A stretch of DNA of 64,000 nucleotides. Origin: Eledone cirrhosa (taxonomy: Eukaryota). Position 1 is the stretch's first letter; every line of letters starts with the position of its first letter. Shown piece after piece: positions 62,718-64,000 of this stretch. A program made the position numbers and the translations under genes. The stretch is from NCBI GenBank assembly GCA_964016885.1, contig OZ024756.1, positions 23,870,001 to 23,934,000 on the forward strand. The letters run 5' to 3'. The notes beneath the pieces are model-generated. The model did no database searches. It worked only from the letters and a program-made list of their open reading frames with translations, and was not told the DNA's origin.

Positions 62718-63475
62718 TTAATGTAAGAAAAGGGTAAGATGTAACCTATCTCTTTGAGTGGTGGGGGTAGATTCTGAGATCGGTGTTGGATATGCCATAG
62801 AATAAGACTTGTTATATTTAGGGGGATATAAGTCAGTTCGGATTTGTTGCGAGGGGCCAATTGAACCCTGCGAATAGTTATCCTGCAGCTGACAATTTTT
62901 GAAAAATGACGACAGTTGAGAAATAACTGAGGAATCCTTTTCCCATATTAAACTTCCATTAGAAATAATAGGATTGCTGCTGTTGTTGCTGTTGACTATG
63001 TCGAAATTACAAACTGGTGTTGATTTGTGTTGTAGTGTCTCTGCATTAGTAGCGGATGCTTGTTGCCGACAGTCAGCAGCAGCAGTAGTAGTCATGGCAG
63101 CAGAAGCTGGTGTAACTGTAGATGTTGCAAGCATTGTTGGGGCAGATTTAGGAGTCATGTCAGTTGAAGAAGAAGGGCTTTGTGACAGATTCAGAACATC
63201 GGAGTGTTTTTCAGTCAATGAAGAACTCTTTGTCATGTCTGTGATTGTTTTCTGTGGTTTCGAGCATTCATTTGCTTTACAGTTGATTGGGTAGTTGGTT
63301 TTGTTGAACACTAGTTTAGAATTCAAAGAGCTGGGAACTAAATTGAACTGTGGAGATGGTGGTTCTTTGTTGATCCGATGATTAACTTTCAGTGGTGTTC
63401 TTGAATCATTAAATCCATTTGGTTTCAATGCCAATGTGCCTAATTTTTTAATAGGGACTACATGATGGGATGCAT
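62718..63475 (-). CDS. Last coding exon of an unidentified gene (Ser/Thr/Pro-rich low-complexity C-terminus)
   Basis: About 250 open codons in AT-rich DNA, pyrimidine tract plus cacag acceptor at 63476, stop TAA at 62718-62720; the rest of the gene is outside the window. Confidence 0.75.
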
Positions 63476-63546
63476 CTGTGAACAAAACAAAGAAGAGAGA
63501 ATATGTATTTTTCGACTAATTTCAGTAAATCAGGTAACTCATAACA

Positions 63547-63722
63547 AGGTGTTTAAAAAAATTAGATATTTGAGATGTAAATATCCCAGAAACTACATCT
63601 AGGATGAGATTGAGTAGGCTTAATGTTGAGCAACATAAGATTTATTTCTCAAAATTATAACACTAATTCACAATATATAATGGGATATTTACATCTCAAA
63701 TATCTAATTTTTTTAAACACCT
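63547..63722. mobile_element. MITE-like element with about 41-bp perfect terminal inverted repeats
   Basis: aggtgtttaaaaaaattagatatttgagatgtaaatatccca ... tgggatatttacatctcaaatatctaatttttttaaacacct. Confidence 0.7.
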
Positions 63723-64000
63723 ATATCAACTCGTAATGTCCTGTACCACATGCAACCACATTAGCAAGACATTCTTAAAAAATACAAAAAAAAGCACCAT
63801 GACTGCGTCACATTAAAGCAAAATCTTTAAGCTTACCATAAACATCTAAATCAATAAAAACCTGTTTTTAGATATTTTCTGCTAAATCATTACTGAATGG
63901 ATAAGAGTTAATATCATTTCATTATATTGATTTCTAATATTGATACTAAGACATAAACTTGCAGGTATAAAAGAAGTATAGTACATCTCGGAAAACTTAT

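Noticed and set aside
62974-63294. 106-aa plus-strand ORF
   Set aside because: Antisense shadow of the minus-strand terminal exon.

Overview
AT-rich animal genomic DNA packed with (TA)n/(CA)n/(CAT)n microsatellites and tRNA-derived SINEs; the repeat landscape suggests a cephalopod (probably Octopus), which is an inference. I reconstructed three genes by hand from splice sites and reading phase. (1) A minus-strand CENP-E/kinesin-7 gene (ATG 29908, 24 phase-consistent coding exons, about 2758 aa). It has a 5925-nt giant exon built from 54-, 35- and 29-aa tandem repeats, and a candidate last exon (12-136) encoding a hydrophobic, tail-anchor-like C-terminus. (2) Head-to-head with it, a plus-strand CENATAC/CCDC84 gene (32583-48692, 9 exons, 357 aa). 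The shared upstream region has a G2/M-type motif set (CHR, MYB sites, two CCAAT boxes 33 bp apart). (3) The last coding exon of an unidentified minus-strand gene (62718-63475). The most unexpected non-coding signal is a set of minimal type I hammerhead ribozymes resembling Penelope-like element ends. Three have intact cores (37408-37472, 44442-44515, 62095-62151) and all three are antisense to the local gene, whereas the copies in sense orientation carry core lesions. Also present: long intronic palindromes, Tc1/mariner relics, TTAA MITEs, LINE fragments and several minisatellites.
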